A DNA stretch of 64,000 bases from Eledone cirrhosa (lineage: Eukaryota): assembly GCA_964016885.1 (NCBI GenBank), contig CAXHJY010001257.1, forward strand, positions 1 to 64,000, read 5' to 3'. Of this stretch, positions 26,927 to 39,940 are shown one piece after another. The position numbers were made by a program, and so were the translations under genes. The first letter of the stretch is position 1, and each line of letters opens with the position of its first letter. The notes below the pieces were generated by a model. That model saw nothing but the letters and a program-made list of their open reading frames with translations. It was not told where the DNA came from and did not search any database.

Positions 26927-27752
26927 ACACATATATATACACACACACACACACAACCTATCCACACGCATACTCTCACTCACACATACTCACACATACT
27001 CACACATACTCACACGCTCACACACACATATATACACACACACACACAACCTCTCACTCACACGCATACTCTCACTCACACAGAAGCACACATACTCACA
27101 CACTCACACACACATATATACACACACACACACACAACCTCTCACTCACACGCATACTCTCACTCACACAGAAGCACACATACTCACACACTCACACACA
27201 CATATATACACACACACACACAACCTCTCACTCACACGCATACTCTCACTCACACAGAAGCACACATACTCACACACTCACACACATATATATACACACA
27301 CACACAACCTATCCACACGCATACTCTCACTCACACATACTCACACATACTCACACATACTCACACTCTCACACACACATATATACACACACACACACAC
27401 AACCTATCACTCACACGCATACTCTCACTCACACAGAAGCACACATACTCATACTCTCACACACACACATATATACACACACACACACAACCTATCCACA
27501 CGCATACTCTCACTCACACAGAAGCACACATACTCACACTCTCACACACACTCGCACACACTCACACATACAAAATCACACACTCACACATACACATACA
27601 AACACTCACACATACACTCACAGCCATGCCACTTCCCTACCCTCTCCCTGGCTCCCCATACAAGACCTTTCACTCCCTCCACCCTCTTATAACTTTCTTC
27701 CCCACCCTTCTCACACAACCCTTACATCTACCTTTTCTCACCCTATCCAAAC

Positions 27753-27788
27753 TTTCCTGAAGAAGGACATCTGTCCGAAATATTGAAC
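27753..27788 (+). ncRNA. Minimal hammerhead ribozyme (Penelope-type)
   Basis: UUC-CUGAAGA-A[GGAC aucu GUCC]-GAA-AUAU-U-GAA. 4-nt palindromic stem III. Confidence 0.6.
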
Positions 27789-27820
27789 CCTCCTCCATTT
27801 CCTCCAAGTGTGAAACTAAT

Positions 27821-28167
27821 ATCATCATTTCATTTCATCATTTCATTTTACGTTCGCTTTTTCCCTGCTTGCAAGGGTGGGACGGGAACTGATTCTGGCT
27901 TGATTTCTACAGCTGGATGCCCTTCCTAACACCAACCTCATTTACAGTGAGTGCTGGGTGCTTTTTTGCCGTGGCCCCTCCACGACCACTTTGCAGTGGA
28001 ATGATAGGGACCCCAGTCCCTATCATCTCATTTCTACAGCTGAGTAAACTGGAGCAATGTGAAATAAAGTGTCTTGCTCAAGGAAACAACACATCACCCG
28101 GTCTGAGAATTGAACTCACAACCTTTCGATTGCAAGGCCAATGCTCTAACCACTAAGCCATGTGCCT
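27821..28167 (-). mobile_element. SINE family A
   Basis: Full-length copy. Confidence 0.88.
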
Positions 28168-28304
28168 CTATCTATAACTGTGAAAATTTGCCTCCTGTGA
28201 TTTGTATGTTTTCCCTTACCATCCCCTGGGGAAACACCTTCTCCATTCTGTCCGCTGAGGCTGTGTGGCAGCCAGCACATGGGACCCCATTTGCTCACCA
28301 TACA

Positions 28305-30415
28305 GAGAGTTGAGAGGGCGAGGGAGATGGAGGCAATGACAGTGGGAGTTTGGTTCCTCTGTGTCGGGACCTGGTGTATATGAGAGATGGGGAGAGACAG
28401 AGGCAGTGACAGTGGCAGTTTGGTTCCTCTGTGTTGGGACCTGGTGTATATGAGAGATGGGGAGAGACAGTGACAGTGACAGTGGGAGTTTGGTTCCTCT
28501 GTGTTGGGACCTGGTGTATATGAGAGATGGGGAGAGACAGAGGCAATGACAGTGGCAGTTTGGTTCCTCTGTGTCGGGACCTGGAGTATATGAGAGATGG
28601 GGAGAGACAGAGGCAGTGACAGTGGCAGTTTGGTTCCTCTGTGTCAGGACCTGGAGTATATGAGAGATGGGGAGGGACAGAGGCAGTGACAGTGGGAGTT
28701 TGGTTCCTCTGTGTTGGGACCTGGGGTATATGAGAGATGGGGAGAGACAGAGGCAGTGACAGTGGGAGTTTGGTTCCTCTGTGTTGGGACCTGGTGTATA
28801 TGAGAGATGGGGAGAGACAGAGGCAGTGACAGTGGGAGTTTGGTTCCTCTGTGTTGGGACCTGGGGTATATGAGAGATGGGGAGAGACAGAGGCAGTGAC
28901 AGTGGGAGTTTGGTTCCTCTGTGTTGGGACCTGGTGTATATGAGAGATGGGGAGAGACAGAGGCAGTGACAGTGGGAGTTTGGTTCCTCTGTGTTGGGAC
29001 CTGGGGTATATGAGAGATGGGGAGAGACAGAGGCAGTGACAGTGGGAGTTTGGTTCCTCTGTGTTGGGACCTGGTGTATATGAGAGATGGGGAGAGACAG
29101 AGGCAGTGACAGTGGGAGTTTGGTTCCTCTGTGTTGGGACCTGGTGTATATGAGAGATGGGGAGAGACAGAGGCAGTGACAGTGGGAGTTTGGTTCCTCT
29201 GTGTTGGGACCTGGGGTATATGAGAGATGGGGAGAGACAGAGGCAGTGACAGTGGGAGTTTGGTTCCTCTGTGTCGGGACCTGGAGTATATGAGAGATGG
29301 GGAGAGACAGAGGCAGTGACAGTGGGAGTTTGGTTCTTCTGTGTTGGGACCTGGTGTATATGAGAGATGGGGAGAGACAGAGGCAGTGACAGTGGGAGTT
29401 TGGTTCCTCTGTGTTGGGACCTGGGGTATATGAGAGATGGGGAGAGACAGAGGCAGTGACAGTGGCAGTTTGGTTCCTCTGTGTTGGGACCTGGAGTATA
29501 TGAGAGATGGGGAGAGACAGAGGCAGTGACAGTGGGAGTTTGGTTCCTCTGTGTTGGGACCTGGGGTATATGAGAGATGGGGAGAGACAGAGGCAGTGAC
29601 AGTGGGAGTTTGGTTCCTCTGTGTTGGGACCTGGAGTATATGAGAGATGGGGAGAGACAGAGGCAGTGACAGTGGGAGTTTGGTTCCTCTGTGTTGGGAC
29701 CTGGTGTATATGAGAGATGGGGAGAGACAGAGGCAATGACAGTGGGAGTTTGGTTCCTCTGTGTCGGGACCTGGAGTATATGAGAGATGGGGAGAGACAG
29801 AGGCAGTGACAGTGGCAGTTTGGTTCCTCTGTGTTGGGACCTGGTGTATATGAGAGATGGGGAGAGACAGAGGCAGTGACAGTGGGAGTTTGGTTCCTCT
29901 GTGTCGGGACCTGGTGTATATGAGAGATGGGGAGAGACAGAGGCAGTGACAGTGGGAGTTTGGTTCCTCTGTGTCAGGACCTGGAGTATATGAGAGATGG
30001 GGAGAGACAGAGGCAGTGACAGTGGGAGTTTGGTTCCTCTGTGTTGGGACCTGGTGTATATGAGAGATGGGGAGAGACAGAGGCAGTGACAGTGGGAGTT
30101 TGGTTCCTCTGTGTCGGGACCTGGGGTATATGAGAGATGGGGAGAGACAGAGGCAGTGACAGTGGGAGTTTGGTTCCTCTGTGTTGGGACCTGGGGTATA
30201 TGAGAGATGGGGAGAGACAGAGGCAGTGACTACTTTGTATCTTAAAGAGCAGTTTGGTTCCTCTGTGTTAGCACCTGGTGTATATGAGAGAGAGATGGAG
30301 GCCGTGACAGTGGGAGACTGGCTCCTCTGTGTTCAGACCTGGTGTACACGAGAGAGGGCGAGAGAGATGGAAGCGATGACAGTGGGAGGTTGGCTCTTCC
30401 ACGTTCAGACCATAT
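28305..30415. repeat. 60-bp minisatellite (about 33 copies)
   Basis: gacagtgggagtttggttcctctgtgttgggacctggtgtatatgagagatggggagagacagaggcagt-type units, degenerate at both ends; unit length approximate. Confidence 0.9.
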
Positions 30416-30569
30416 CCTTGTGATTGTGTTTAATGTAGTTGTGTGCCCTACTGTTGTCATAGAATTTGTCCCCCCCCCCCACTGTTGACTGTTTAATGTT
30501 TCTTCTTTCTTGTACCTTCATTTTCACTTTTCAGGTTACATTGACAATTGAACAATTCACCAGTTCAAT

Positions 30570-30882
30570 GTGGCTGAGTGGTTAGAATTTGCAATGGTGA
30601 GGTTGTGAGTTCGATTCCTGGACCGTGCTATATCACGACACCTCCAGGACCACTTTACAGTGAGTGCTGGGTGCTTTTTTGCCGTGGCACCTCCACGACC
30701 ACTTTACAGTGGAATGATAGGGACCCCAGTCCCTATCATCTCATTTCTACAGCTGAGTAAACTGGAGCAATGTGAAATAAAGTGTCTTGCTCAAGGAAAC
30801 AACACATCACCCGGTCTGAGAATTGAACTCACAACCTTTCGATTGCAAGGCCAATGCTCTAACCACTAAGCCATGTGCCTCC
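30570..30882 (-). mobile_element. SINE family A 5' part (30640-30882) fused to an oppositely oriented tRNA-like SINE head (30570-30626)
   Basis: Plus-strand TGGCTGAGTGG...GAGTTCGATTCC abuts a minus-strand family A body. Confidence 0.75.
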
Positions 30883-30954
30883 ATATATATACATAAATGT
30901 ATATATATATATGTGTACATATATACACATATATACATACACATATATACACAC

Positions 30955-30988
<34 letters not shown>

Positions 30989-30993
30989 TACAT

Positions 30994-31035
<42 letters not shown>

Positions 31036-31065
31036 AGATCAAAAGATGGTTAAAAGAGTTCCAAG

Positions 31066-31136
31066 TATTTTATTATGCGCATTTCAAAAACAAATATCAT
31101 CATGGGATAATATCTGTGTTCTCATCAGATAAAATA
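31066..31136 (-). ncRNA. Type I hammerhead ribozyme (same family as 23083-23153)
   Basis: UAUUUUAU-CUGAUGA-[GAACACAGAUAUUAUC...GAUGAUAUUUGUUUUU]-GAA-AUGCGCAU-A-AUAAAAUA. Confidence 0.82.
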
Positions 31137-31243
31137 GGGAGACCTGATATGAAGCTTAAAAAACACTTTTTTTCAGTGAAGTTTTAAATTGTGCTACAAT
31201 AAAACTCACCTCCTACATTATATATCATATATATATATAGCCC

Positions 31244-31277
<34 letters not shown>

Positions 31278-31608
31278 TATAGCCCTAATCAATTGTCACC
31301 ACCTCCACCAATCCTTTCTGCTCAGCTGATATTAATTCTCTCTGTGCTCTCTCTCTCTCACTCTCTCTCCTTCTCTCTCTCTCTCTCTCTCACTCTCTCT
31401 CCTTCTCTCTCTCTCTCTCTCTCACCTGACATATAACCCTGACCCGGATTCTGACCTTTGACTTCCATTATCTGACCTTATGTCCTCCTGACCTGCCACA
31501 ATCTAAACAACATCAATAACAATACTTGTATTGCCAGATAGCAATGTGGGAGGCCTGGACATTGTCACAGCACATCACATGCTAGAAATAGTAGCCTACT
31601 GTCTCTCA

Positions 31609-31647
<39 letters not shown>

Positions 31648-31684
31648 ATTAAACAAAGGGAAACTATATTTATAAAACCATATT

Positions 31685-31750
31685 TATTTCATTATACATA
31701 TTTCAGGGATACCATATTAAAAATATGGCATGCCTTCTTCAGATAAAATA
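31685..31750 (-). ncRNA. Type I hammerhead ribozyme (left arm of fold-back element)
   Basis: Inverted copy of 31888-31953 with a CUGAAGA core, long stem II and GAAAUAUGUAUA. Confidence 0.8.
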
Positions 31751-31887
31751 CAATATATAAGCAGTTTTATAAATAAATTTGACGTATCATAGAATTTTGA
31801 ACAACTTCCATTTAAAAAAGTTTTAAATGGAAGTTGTTCAAAATTCTATGATACGTCAAAATTATTTATAAAACTGCTTATATATTG

Positions 31888-31953
31888 TATTTTATCTGAA
31901 GAAGGCATGCCATATTTTTAATATGGTATCCCTGAAATATGTATAATGAAATA
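31888..31953 (+). ncRNA. Type I hammerhead ribozyme (right arm of fold-back element)
   Basis: UAUUUUAU-CUGAAGA-[AGGcAUGCCAUAUU uuu AAUAUGGUAUcCCU]-GAA-AUAUGUAU-A-AUGAAAUA. Confidence 0.82.
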
Positions 31954-32262
31954 AATATGGTTTTATAAATATAGTTTCCATTTGTTTAATATCGTATATC
32001 TACTCCAAAACTTGTTGAGTGCTTTATATCAGTTATACAATATTTACTCGTTGTAACCCAACAATTTCAAATAAAACTTTTGCATATATTTATATATATA
32101 TATCTATATCCAAAATTAAGATAAATTAAATGAATTTAATCTAAATCAAGATTATGGGTGTCATGCCAGAAAGACACGCGCCATATCACCCGCAAAATAA
32201 GCTCTAAGATTCTAACGAGTAGGTCCGAGCATTTTATAATAACTAGAAATTGATTAACATAT

Positions 32263-32662
32263 GGAGGCATATGGCTTAGTGGTTAGAGCATTGGCCTTGC
32301 AATCGAAAGGTTGTGAGTTCAATTCTCAGACCGGGTGATGTGTTGTTTCCTTGAGCAAGACACTTTATTTCACATTGCTCCAGTTTACTCAGCTGTAGAA
32401 ATGAGATGATAGGGACTGGGGTCCCTATCATTCCACTGCAAAGTGGTAGTGGAGGTGCCACGGCAAAAAAGCAGCCAGCACTCACTGTAAAGTGGTCGTG
32501 GAGGTGCCATGGCAAAAAAAGCACCCAGCACTCACTGTAAATGAGGTTGGTGTTAGGAAGGGCATCCAGCTGTAGAAATCAAGCGAGAATCAGTTCCCCT
32601 CCCACCCTTGCAAGCAGGGAAAAGCGGACGTAAAATGAAATGATGATGATGATGATGATGAT
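32263..32662 (+). mobile_element. SINE family A with an internal duplication
   Basis: Full-length copy with the central segment of about 45 bp duplicated. Confidence 0.88.
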
Positions 32663-33020
32663 ATATATAGACATGTGTTAGGTATTGCCGAAGAAAAAGC
32701 AAAGGAAAAAAGAGTGCTCTATGTACAGAACAGAGCTATTTAATTAGAAAGTGAACAACACAATATATAACTAATCCATTACTAAAGGTTTCAGGACCCT
32801 AGACAATGTTAACTTAAAAATAAGGAGTGGCACCCCATTCTGAACTTGTTTATAGAATTCTTTCTGCCTTTGTTACTCTAAATATAAATTATAGCTTTGA
32901 AGAATTAGCTTTTAATGAATTCCCTTTTCTATCAACCAATGACCTCTACCCATCCCACTCCCTACCCTCTCCTACCACCTGAAGAGACCTATAAATACCA
33001 TATTTATTTTTTGATACCCA

Positions 33021-33069
33021 GATTCCTGAAGATTTCTAAAGAATGAAACAGTTCTAGTCCTGTAGAATC
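33021..33069 (+). ncRNA. Type I hammerhead ribozyme, partly decayed
   Basis: GAUUC-CUGAAGA-[UUUC uaaa GAAU]-GAA-ACAGuuCUAGucCUGU-A-GAAUC. Perfect 5-bp stem I and an imperfect palindromic stem III. Confidence 0.7.
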
Positions 33070-34561
33070 TCATCTATATTAAAACTTTTATACTCTGCTA
33101 TGTATTGAGTACCTTACTTACTGTGGTTACCTCCGATTCAACCCGGAATAACGTACATATATATACATATATATATATACATATATATATACATATATAT
33201 ATATGTATATACATATATCAACATCATCATCATCATCGTTTAACGTCCATGTTCCACGCTTGCATGGGTTTGGACGGGAGTTTTCCCACTTGAGGCAAGA
33301 GTGGTTGTCTTGCTCGCATAGGACTGTCTGGCAGGTTTTCTACAGCTGGATGCCCTTCCTAACACCAACCACATTTACAGTGTGGGACTGGGAGGTTTTT
33401 ACCGTGTTACCTACACGGCCACATTACAGCGTGGACTGTCTGGCGGGTTTTCTACAGCTGGATGCCCTTCCTAACACCAACCACATTTACAGTGTGGGAC
33501 TGGGAGGTTTTTACCGTGTTACCTACACGGCCACATTACAGCGTGGACTGTGTGTTTTTTTTGTCGTGACACCTACACGATCTCATTTGTTTTGGGCTGG
33601 ATGTTGTGGCACCAACATAACTTTACATTGAAAGGGGCGGTGTGGATGGGGTGGGGGTGGTGGGACGGGGGTGTATTTTGTTAGAGATGCCTACTGACTG
33701 TAGTAGGTTTTACTTTGTATTTAGGTAAGGCGGGTCTTCTCTATTACTGAGTACCGCCAAAGGTCTCGGTCCAGTGACATTGTCTTGGAGAGGTGTAAGT
33801 GTGTGAGGTCGGAATTTATCAGCTCGTCCCAGGTTTTTCTGGTCTGCCTACTCCGTGGCTACCGTCTATCTTTATTGCCCTGCACTTTTTTATACAGCTG
33901 TCGTCTTTCATGCGCATCACGTGACCATACCAACGTAGCCTTCTCTCGAGTAAACAACATCTGATCCCTCTTATTTCTAATTTTTCCCTTAGTTCGTTTA
34001 TGCATAGTTCGTTTATATATATTTATACATATATATATACATATACATATGTATATATATATACATATATATATAAATATATACACCATCACCACCACCA
34101 TCACCACACAACAACCGCTACCATCACCACCCCTACCACCACCACCACTACCACCACAGCCCCCCCCCCCCCCCCCCAGTACCCCCGCCCCTACCACCAC
34201 CACCACCCCTACCGTCACCCTACCCCCCTTTTTTATCGAACTAAACCAATGTTTTTAGCATGTTGTCATGGTGACCGCACGTAACACTATTTATGACTGG
34301 TGTAATGGATATGCCCCCTCCCCCACACATATATATATATACAAACATACATACATATATATGTACACACACACACATATATACATATATATATATATGT
34401 ATATATATATATATGTATACAAACATACATATATATATATGTACACACACACATATATACATATACATACATATATATGTATATATATATATATATATAT
34501 AAAATATATGTATATGCATATATAAATACATATATATACATATATATACATATATATAAAT

Positions 34562-34594
<33 letters not shown>

Positions 34595-34603
34595 AATACA
34601 TAC

Positions 34604-34666
<63 letters not shown>

Positions 34667-34799
34667 TAGATACATACATATACACATATATATATATATA
34701 TATATACATACATATATATATATATACACACATATATATATATATATACATACATATACATATATATATATATATACATACATATATATATATATATAA

Positions 34800-34836
<37 letters not shown>

Positions 34837-34843
34837 CATATAC

Positions 34844-34893
<50 letters not shown>

Positions 34894-34980
34894 ATATATA
34901 TATATATATATGTATGTATATATATATATATATATACATACATATAATTTTATATATATATATATATATACATACATATA

Positions 34981-35026
<46 letters not shown>

Positions 35027-35699
35027 CATATATATATATATATATATCATCATCATCAACCCCCGTCACCATTCAGCATCTATTTTCATGATTCCTTGTC
35101 TTCAACTGTCACGTACTCAGGTGAGGTCTAGTGACAGTCTCACTACTATATTCTATTCTGGTCACGCTGATTGTGACAGGATACTTTTACTACCACCAAC
35201 TAATTTGCAAAGGTGATTCTATGTGTGCATATGTATGTATATATGTATGTATGCTTATTAATATATGTATATGCATGTGTGCATGTGTATGTATATGCGC
35301 GGGGACATAGAAATAGTCGGGCTGGACACCCGATCACGCGGTTAAACCACTGGGAGTGAAGGACCCCTAGCCTTTCTCAGGGCCCTCTTCTAGGAGAAAG
35401 CAACTCAGGAAACTGGGATAACTCCCATATAAAATCTGCAGCTCAGTAGTTACAGATGATGTTGATCTTTTCTTCTTCTCAGGTTATAGCTACTGTCTCT
35501 CAGAGAGTGGGATTGGCTCAGTGCACAGTCTTTCCTCACTTTAAAACATATCTTCACACACAGGCATTGCACGATAGAATTAATTGATAATTATTAATAA
35601 TGTTATATCGAGCAATGGTCACACTCGATAACGAGGGGACAGCCATCATGTATTTATATATAAAGTGGTTGTGTAGGAGACACGGTAAAAAGAAATAAA

Positions 35700-36710
35700 A
35701 TTTCTACCTATAAAATCACATAGTTACAACATTATTTCTCACAATATGGCCATGAATAAAAGTAATAAAAGTACTAGCCACTCTAACTCTAATACGAAGG
35801 GTAATATCAAACTTAACTTGCACCAGAATAAACACCCCAATAATAATATAAACAGAAATATAAACAATACCTCAAGTAACATTACAAAAAACAAAAATAG
35901 AAAAAGAACTAATACATTTTTCAATCCCCCTTTCAATCTAAACGTCTCTACCAACTTACCGAAGGCTTTCTTCTCAATCCTAGAAAAAAAACTTCACGAC
36001 CGGCCACAAGTACCATAATCTTATCAATAAAAATACCATTAAAATCTCTTACTCTACCACATCTAACATCGCATACCATATTGCTAGTAGTAATAAAATG
36101 AAGATTAATAAGTATTTCCAACTAATTAAATCACAACAGGGGGTAAACTTACAGGGCAACATAGTACCAGAGATTTCTAGTAGCAATAATAATAATAGTA
36201 ATAGCACTAATGAAATCAATAACAATGGGAACGACAACCATCATTACTCTAATGCCATCCCTAACAACCAGACATCTACACAACATAGTAACCGGCAAGT
36301 AAACAACCAAAATAACTGTAACTGTAGAACAAATAGAACTTGCCCCTTAGGTAAAAATTGCTTAATCAAAGACATCATTTACTCATGCACAGTCATTACA
36401 AACAACTCTTCGAAAACATATCGGTTCAACTTCGAACTGCTTCAAGACGAGATATAACTCGCATCTCCACACTTTCAAAAATCACAATCTAGCCAACTCC
36501 ACTTCTTTATCTAGCTACATATACTCTCTGGTATCTAGGAATAGACCACATACACTTCAATGGAAAGTAGTAGGTAGGGCTACATCGTATAAACCACCGA
36601 ATAAATTATGTAACCTCTGTCTTCTAGAGACCCTCTGTCTTCAGAGATTTTTACCATGTGCCAACACAATCACCAACATTCTTTCCATAACTTTAAACCT
36701 AGCTGCTAGT
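35700..36710 (+). mobile_element. Decayed Penelope-like element 3' ORF (post-RT linker plus C-terminal GIY-YIG endonuclease)
   Basis: Frameshifted translation: FFNPPFNLNVSTN...KNTIKISYS...CNCRTNRTCPLGKNCLIKDIIYSCTV...TY/IGSTSNCFKTRYNSHLHTFK...STSLSSYIYSL...LQWKVVGRATSYKPPNKLCNLCLLE. Confidence 0.82.
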
Positions 36711-36995
36711 ATATAACAATGTCAGATCTGGATTCCTCACCACCATTAACACTTCACCTCTAGGTCTTATCAGCATATAGTTACCCCCACAGCATCGCAC
36801 TCTATGATCAGCTCATTCCTCTTGTAATCTCTGTCACATCCATTTCACTCTGTGCCTCTTTAATTATTATACTGTTCTCTTGTAATCTCTGTCACATCCA
36901 TTTCACTCTGTAAATATGAAACTGTTGATGACAACATGTATCTATGTGATTGTTCAGTTGAATAGGAAGTTAATTATATGTCAAAACTTTGCTAG

Positions 36996-37042
36996 TGCTC
37001 CGATGATTCCAAACGAAAGTTTGGAAGAAACGATTGTCAGCA
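36996..37042 (+). ncRNA. Type I hammerhead ribozyme, CCGAUGA core variant (related to 12549-12595)
   Basis: UGCU-CCGAUGA-[UUCCAAAC gaaa GUUUGGAA]-GAA-ACGAUUGU-C-AGCA. Perfect stems I and II with a GNRA loop. Confidence 0.75.
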
Positions 37043-37273
37043 ATAAAATGATTTGAACATAGCTTTGATTGTTGTGTAATTTATATTCCTGCTCTGTAAA
37101 ACATCTGATGTATTCACATTGGGCTATTTTCTTACTGGTAATAAGGTAGTAATGAATTACTGACCTTTCCTGTTTATAGTTGTATATAGTGTATACATAA
37201 CTATAAATAATATTATTATTATATATATATGTATATATGTATATATATATGTATATATGTATATATATATGTA

Positions 37274-37328
<55 letters not shown>

Positions 37329-37369
37329 ATGTATATATATGTATATGTATATATGTATATGTATATATA

Positions 37370-38246
37370 TTTTTATCATCTGCCTCGACTATGTATTGAG
37401 AAAAGCCATGAACGAAAACTTTGAGCTTGGTTTCACTCTCACAAAGCGAAAGTGTAGACGCCATGCAGCTCAGAAAATCACCGATGCTGACTATGCGGAT
37501 GATTTAGTGGTCCTCGCTGACTACCTTAACGATGCAACATCACTACTTCCCAGCATCGAATCAGTTGCAAAGGAAATCGGACTCTATGTCAACGCAGGCA
37601 AAACAGAATATATTTGCCTGAACCAAGACTCCTCAGTTGGTATGCGAGGTCTAAACGGCGATATAATCAAGCAAGTTGACGACTTCAAATACCTGGGTAC
37701 CTATATCACCTCCACAGAACACGATGTTAACATGAGACTGGGATAAGCCTGGGGAGCACTGAATGCAATGGAAAAGATATGGAAATCAAACCTGCTGGCC
37801 AAACTGAAAAGGAGTTTCTTCAGAGCTGCTGTGGAGTCTGTGCTTGTTTATGGCTCTGTCACTTGGACGCTAACGTCGAAACTGGAGAAAAAGATAGACG
37901 GGGCATACACATGTATGCTCCGTGCTGCTTTAAATGTGTCTTGGAGGGAACACCCAACAAATAAGGATCTCTATGGCAATATACCACCTATCAGCAAGTC
38001 AATACGTAAACAGAGACTCAGATTTACTGGCCACTGTTGGCGCAGCAAGGAAAAAATAGCAGGTGATGTGTTGTTATGGCGTCCATCTCATGGAGCAAGA
38101 AACGCTGGTCGTCCCAAGAAGACATACGTCAAGCAACTTGAGGACGATACTGGATGCACTGCGGAAGAACTGGCAAACGCTATGAGAGACAGAGATGGAT
38201 GGAGGAAACGTGTTGTAGAAGGCCGAGCAAGCTCGACCTGATGATG

Positions 38247-38252
<6 letters not shown>
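37370..38252 (+). mobile_element. RTE-like LINE 3' half
   Basis: [11 protein letters not shown] (RT active site), FKYLG, VESVLVYGS, RLRFTGHCWR, GRPKKTY, then a (TGA)n tail. Confidence 0.88.
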
Positions 38253-38295
<43 letters not shown>

Positions 38296-38397
38296 TGCAA
38301 GAGATGTCAACATGAATGGACCTGTTATTTTTATCTAAAGACATTTTTTCCTATTCCATTCCGCCCATCTCCTCAATCTATCTTATTTCTCATTCTT

Positions 38398-38433
38398 TCT
38401 TCTGATGAAGGACTAGCGTCAGAAACGTTAAGA
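38398..38433 (+). ncRNA. Minimal hammerhead ribozyme (Penelope-type)
   Basis: UCUU-CUGAUGA-AG[GAC uagc GUC]A-GAA-ACGU-U-AAGA. Confidence 0.65.
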
Positions 38434-38544
38434 CCCTCTTCCTGCTATATCAAGCGTTAACCTAATATATCCCTTCCATATATACTGTACCGATTGTATT
38501 GTTATTTCTGTTTACCTTTTACATATATATACATATATATATAT

Positions 38545-38872
38545 ATTGAAAGGATACCAAGGATGATTGGTTACTCCTTCATTACATTTATTGGTAGGTG
38601 ACACGTGTTTCACCACTGTTAGTAGCATTTTAAAGGGTCCGTCGAGCTGCCGATTATAGAGTTGAGTAAGATTGATACAGATCGAACCTTGAGCTGATCA
38701 GTGGCGAAACGCGCGTCACCTATCAATAAATGCAATGAAGGAGTAACCAATCATCCTTGTTATCCTTTCAATATATTACACTCTGTATAGCTCTACATCT
38801 CAACACAGAAGTGAACCTTAACATCGGGTGCTCACCCGAGTGAACCTGCAGTAACTCCATGTTACAGACCCT

Positions 38873-38875
<3 letters not shown>
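38545..38875 (+). mobile_element. Fold-back element with hammerhead 3' half (GAAACGCGCGUC); related copy at about 1665-2135 on the minus strand
   Basis: Arms 38545-38620 and 38695-38776, tail motif at 38779-38830, (TA)n flanks. Confidence 0.68.
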
Positions 38876-38902
<27 letters not shown>

Positions 38903-38909
<7 letters not shown>

Positions 38910-39748
38910 TTAGTTAAGCAAAACAAGACCACAGATTTCACAAGGAAGACATTATTAAAAGATTGTCAACATAGTTGTAGTTTAATGTAAGGAATGTTGA
39001 GAATAATAATAATAATATTAATAATGTCCGTTTACAATTGTTTCGCTACTCCATATAATGTTTCTGGATCAAATGATTATAGATCATTATTGATCTGGTT
39101 CAGTTTAAGATAATTAACTTAGGTACAATTAGAGCAGCTCATCGGAACTTCAAAAGGAATATAAATTAAAATAAAGAAAGAATGTTACATGAATGTAATG
39201 TTCCATATATTGGTATTTCACCATGGTGTCCTGGGTATATCTATTGTCTGCCATAGTCGAGCAGTATTCTTCTGTCGAGGCTGCATTGTGTGAGATCTGC
39301 CTATTTTACCTTAATTTATATTCCTTTTGCAGTTCCGATGAACTGCTCCAATTTTACCTAAGTTAATTATCTTCAACTGAACCAGATCAATAATGATCTA
39401 TAATCATTTGATCCAGAAACATTATATGGAGTAGCAAACAATTGTAAACAGACATTAATATTATTATTATTATTCTCAACATTCCTTACATTAAACTACA
39501 ACTATGTTGACAATCTTTTAATAATGTCTTCCTTGTGAAATTTGTGGTCTTGTTTTGCTTAACTAATGAATATTTCCAGCTCTGTGCACCTAACCTTTGC
39601 ATGAACCCAGCCACCTAGCTGCCTTCCACTGCATATTGCACATTGAGCACATTCCTTTATGCTTTAGCTTCTAACTAATTCACCAGTCTCTCTTCTCCTA
39701 TCTCCTCTCCTATCTCCATCTCTCTCTTTAAGATTGGTTACTCTTGAA

Positions 39749-39750
<2 letters not shown>
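38903..39750 (+). mobile_element. Large fold-back hammerhead element
   Basis: Arms of about 270 bp (38903-39172 and 39310-39573), tail motif at 39579-39648, (TA)n flanks. Confidence 0.72.
39030..39148 (-). ncRNA. Hammerhead ribozyme with CCGAUGA core and about 95-nt extended stem II
   Basis: GUU-CCGAUGA-[GCUGCUCU...UGGAGUAGC]-GAA-ACAAUUGU-A-AAC. The inverted copy at 39332-39449 lacks the G of GAAAC. Confidence 0.62.
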
Positions 39751-39790
<40 letters not shown>

Positions 39791-39834
39791 AAGTTAAATA
39801 AAAGTCAAATGATTAAAATTTAGCTTTGTTTATT

Positions 39835-39889
39835 ACTGCTATATATATTTCAGTGACAGCCATCTTTGGCTGTGACCTCTTCAGGCAGT
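39835..39889 (-). ncRNA. Type I hammerhead ribozyme (left arm of fold-back element)
   Basis: Inverted copy of 39941-39995. Confidence 0.83.
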
Positions 39890-39940
39890 TTGAATTAGTA
39901 TGGTATAGACAAGTACATATGTTGTTTAATACTAATTCAA

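Larger units (their letters stand above)
31643..32085 (+). mobile_element. Fold-back element with two hammerheads
   Basis: Near-perfect arms of about 170 bp centred near 31818, tail motif at 32002-32020, (TA)n on both sides. Confidence 0.78.
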
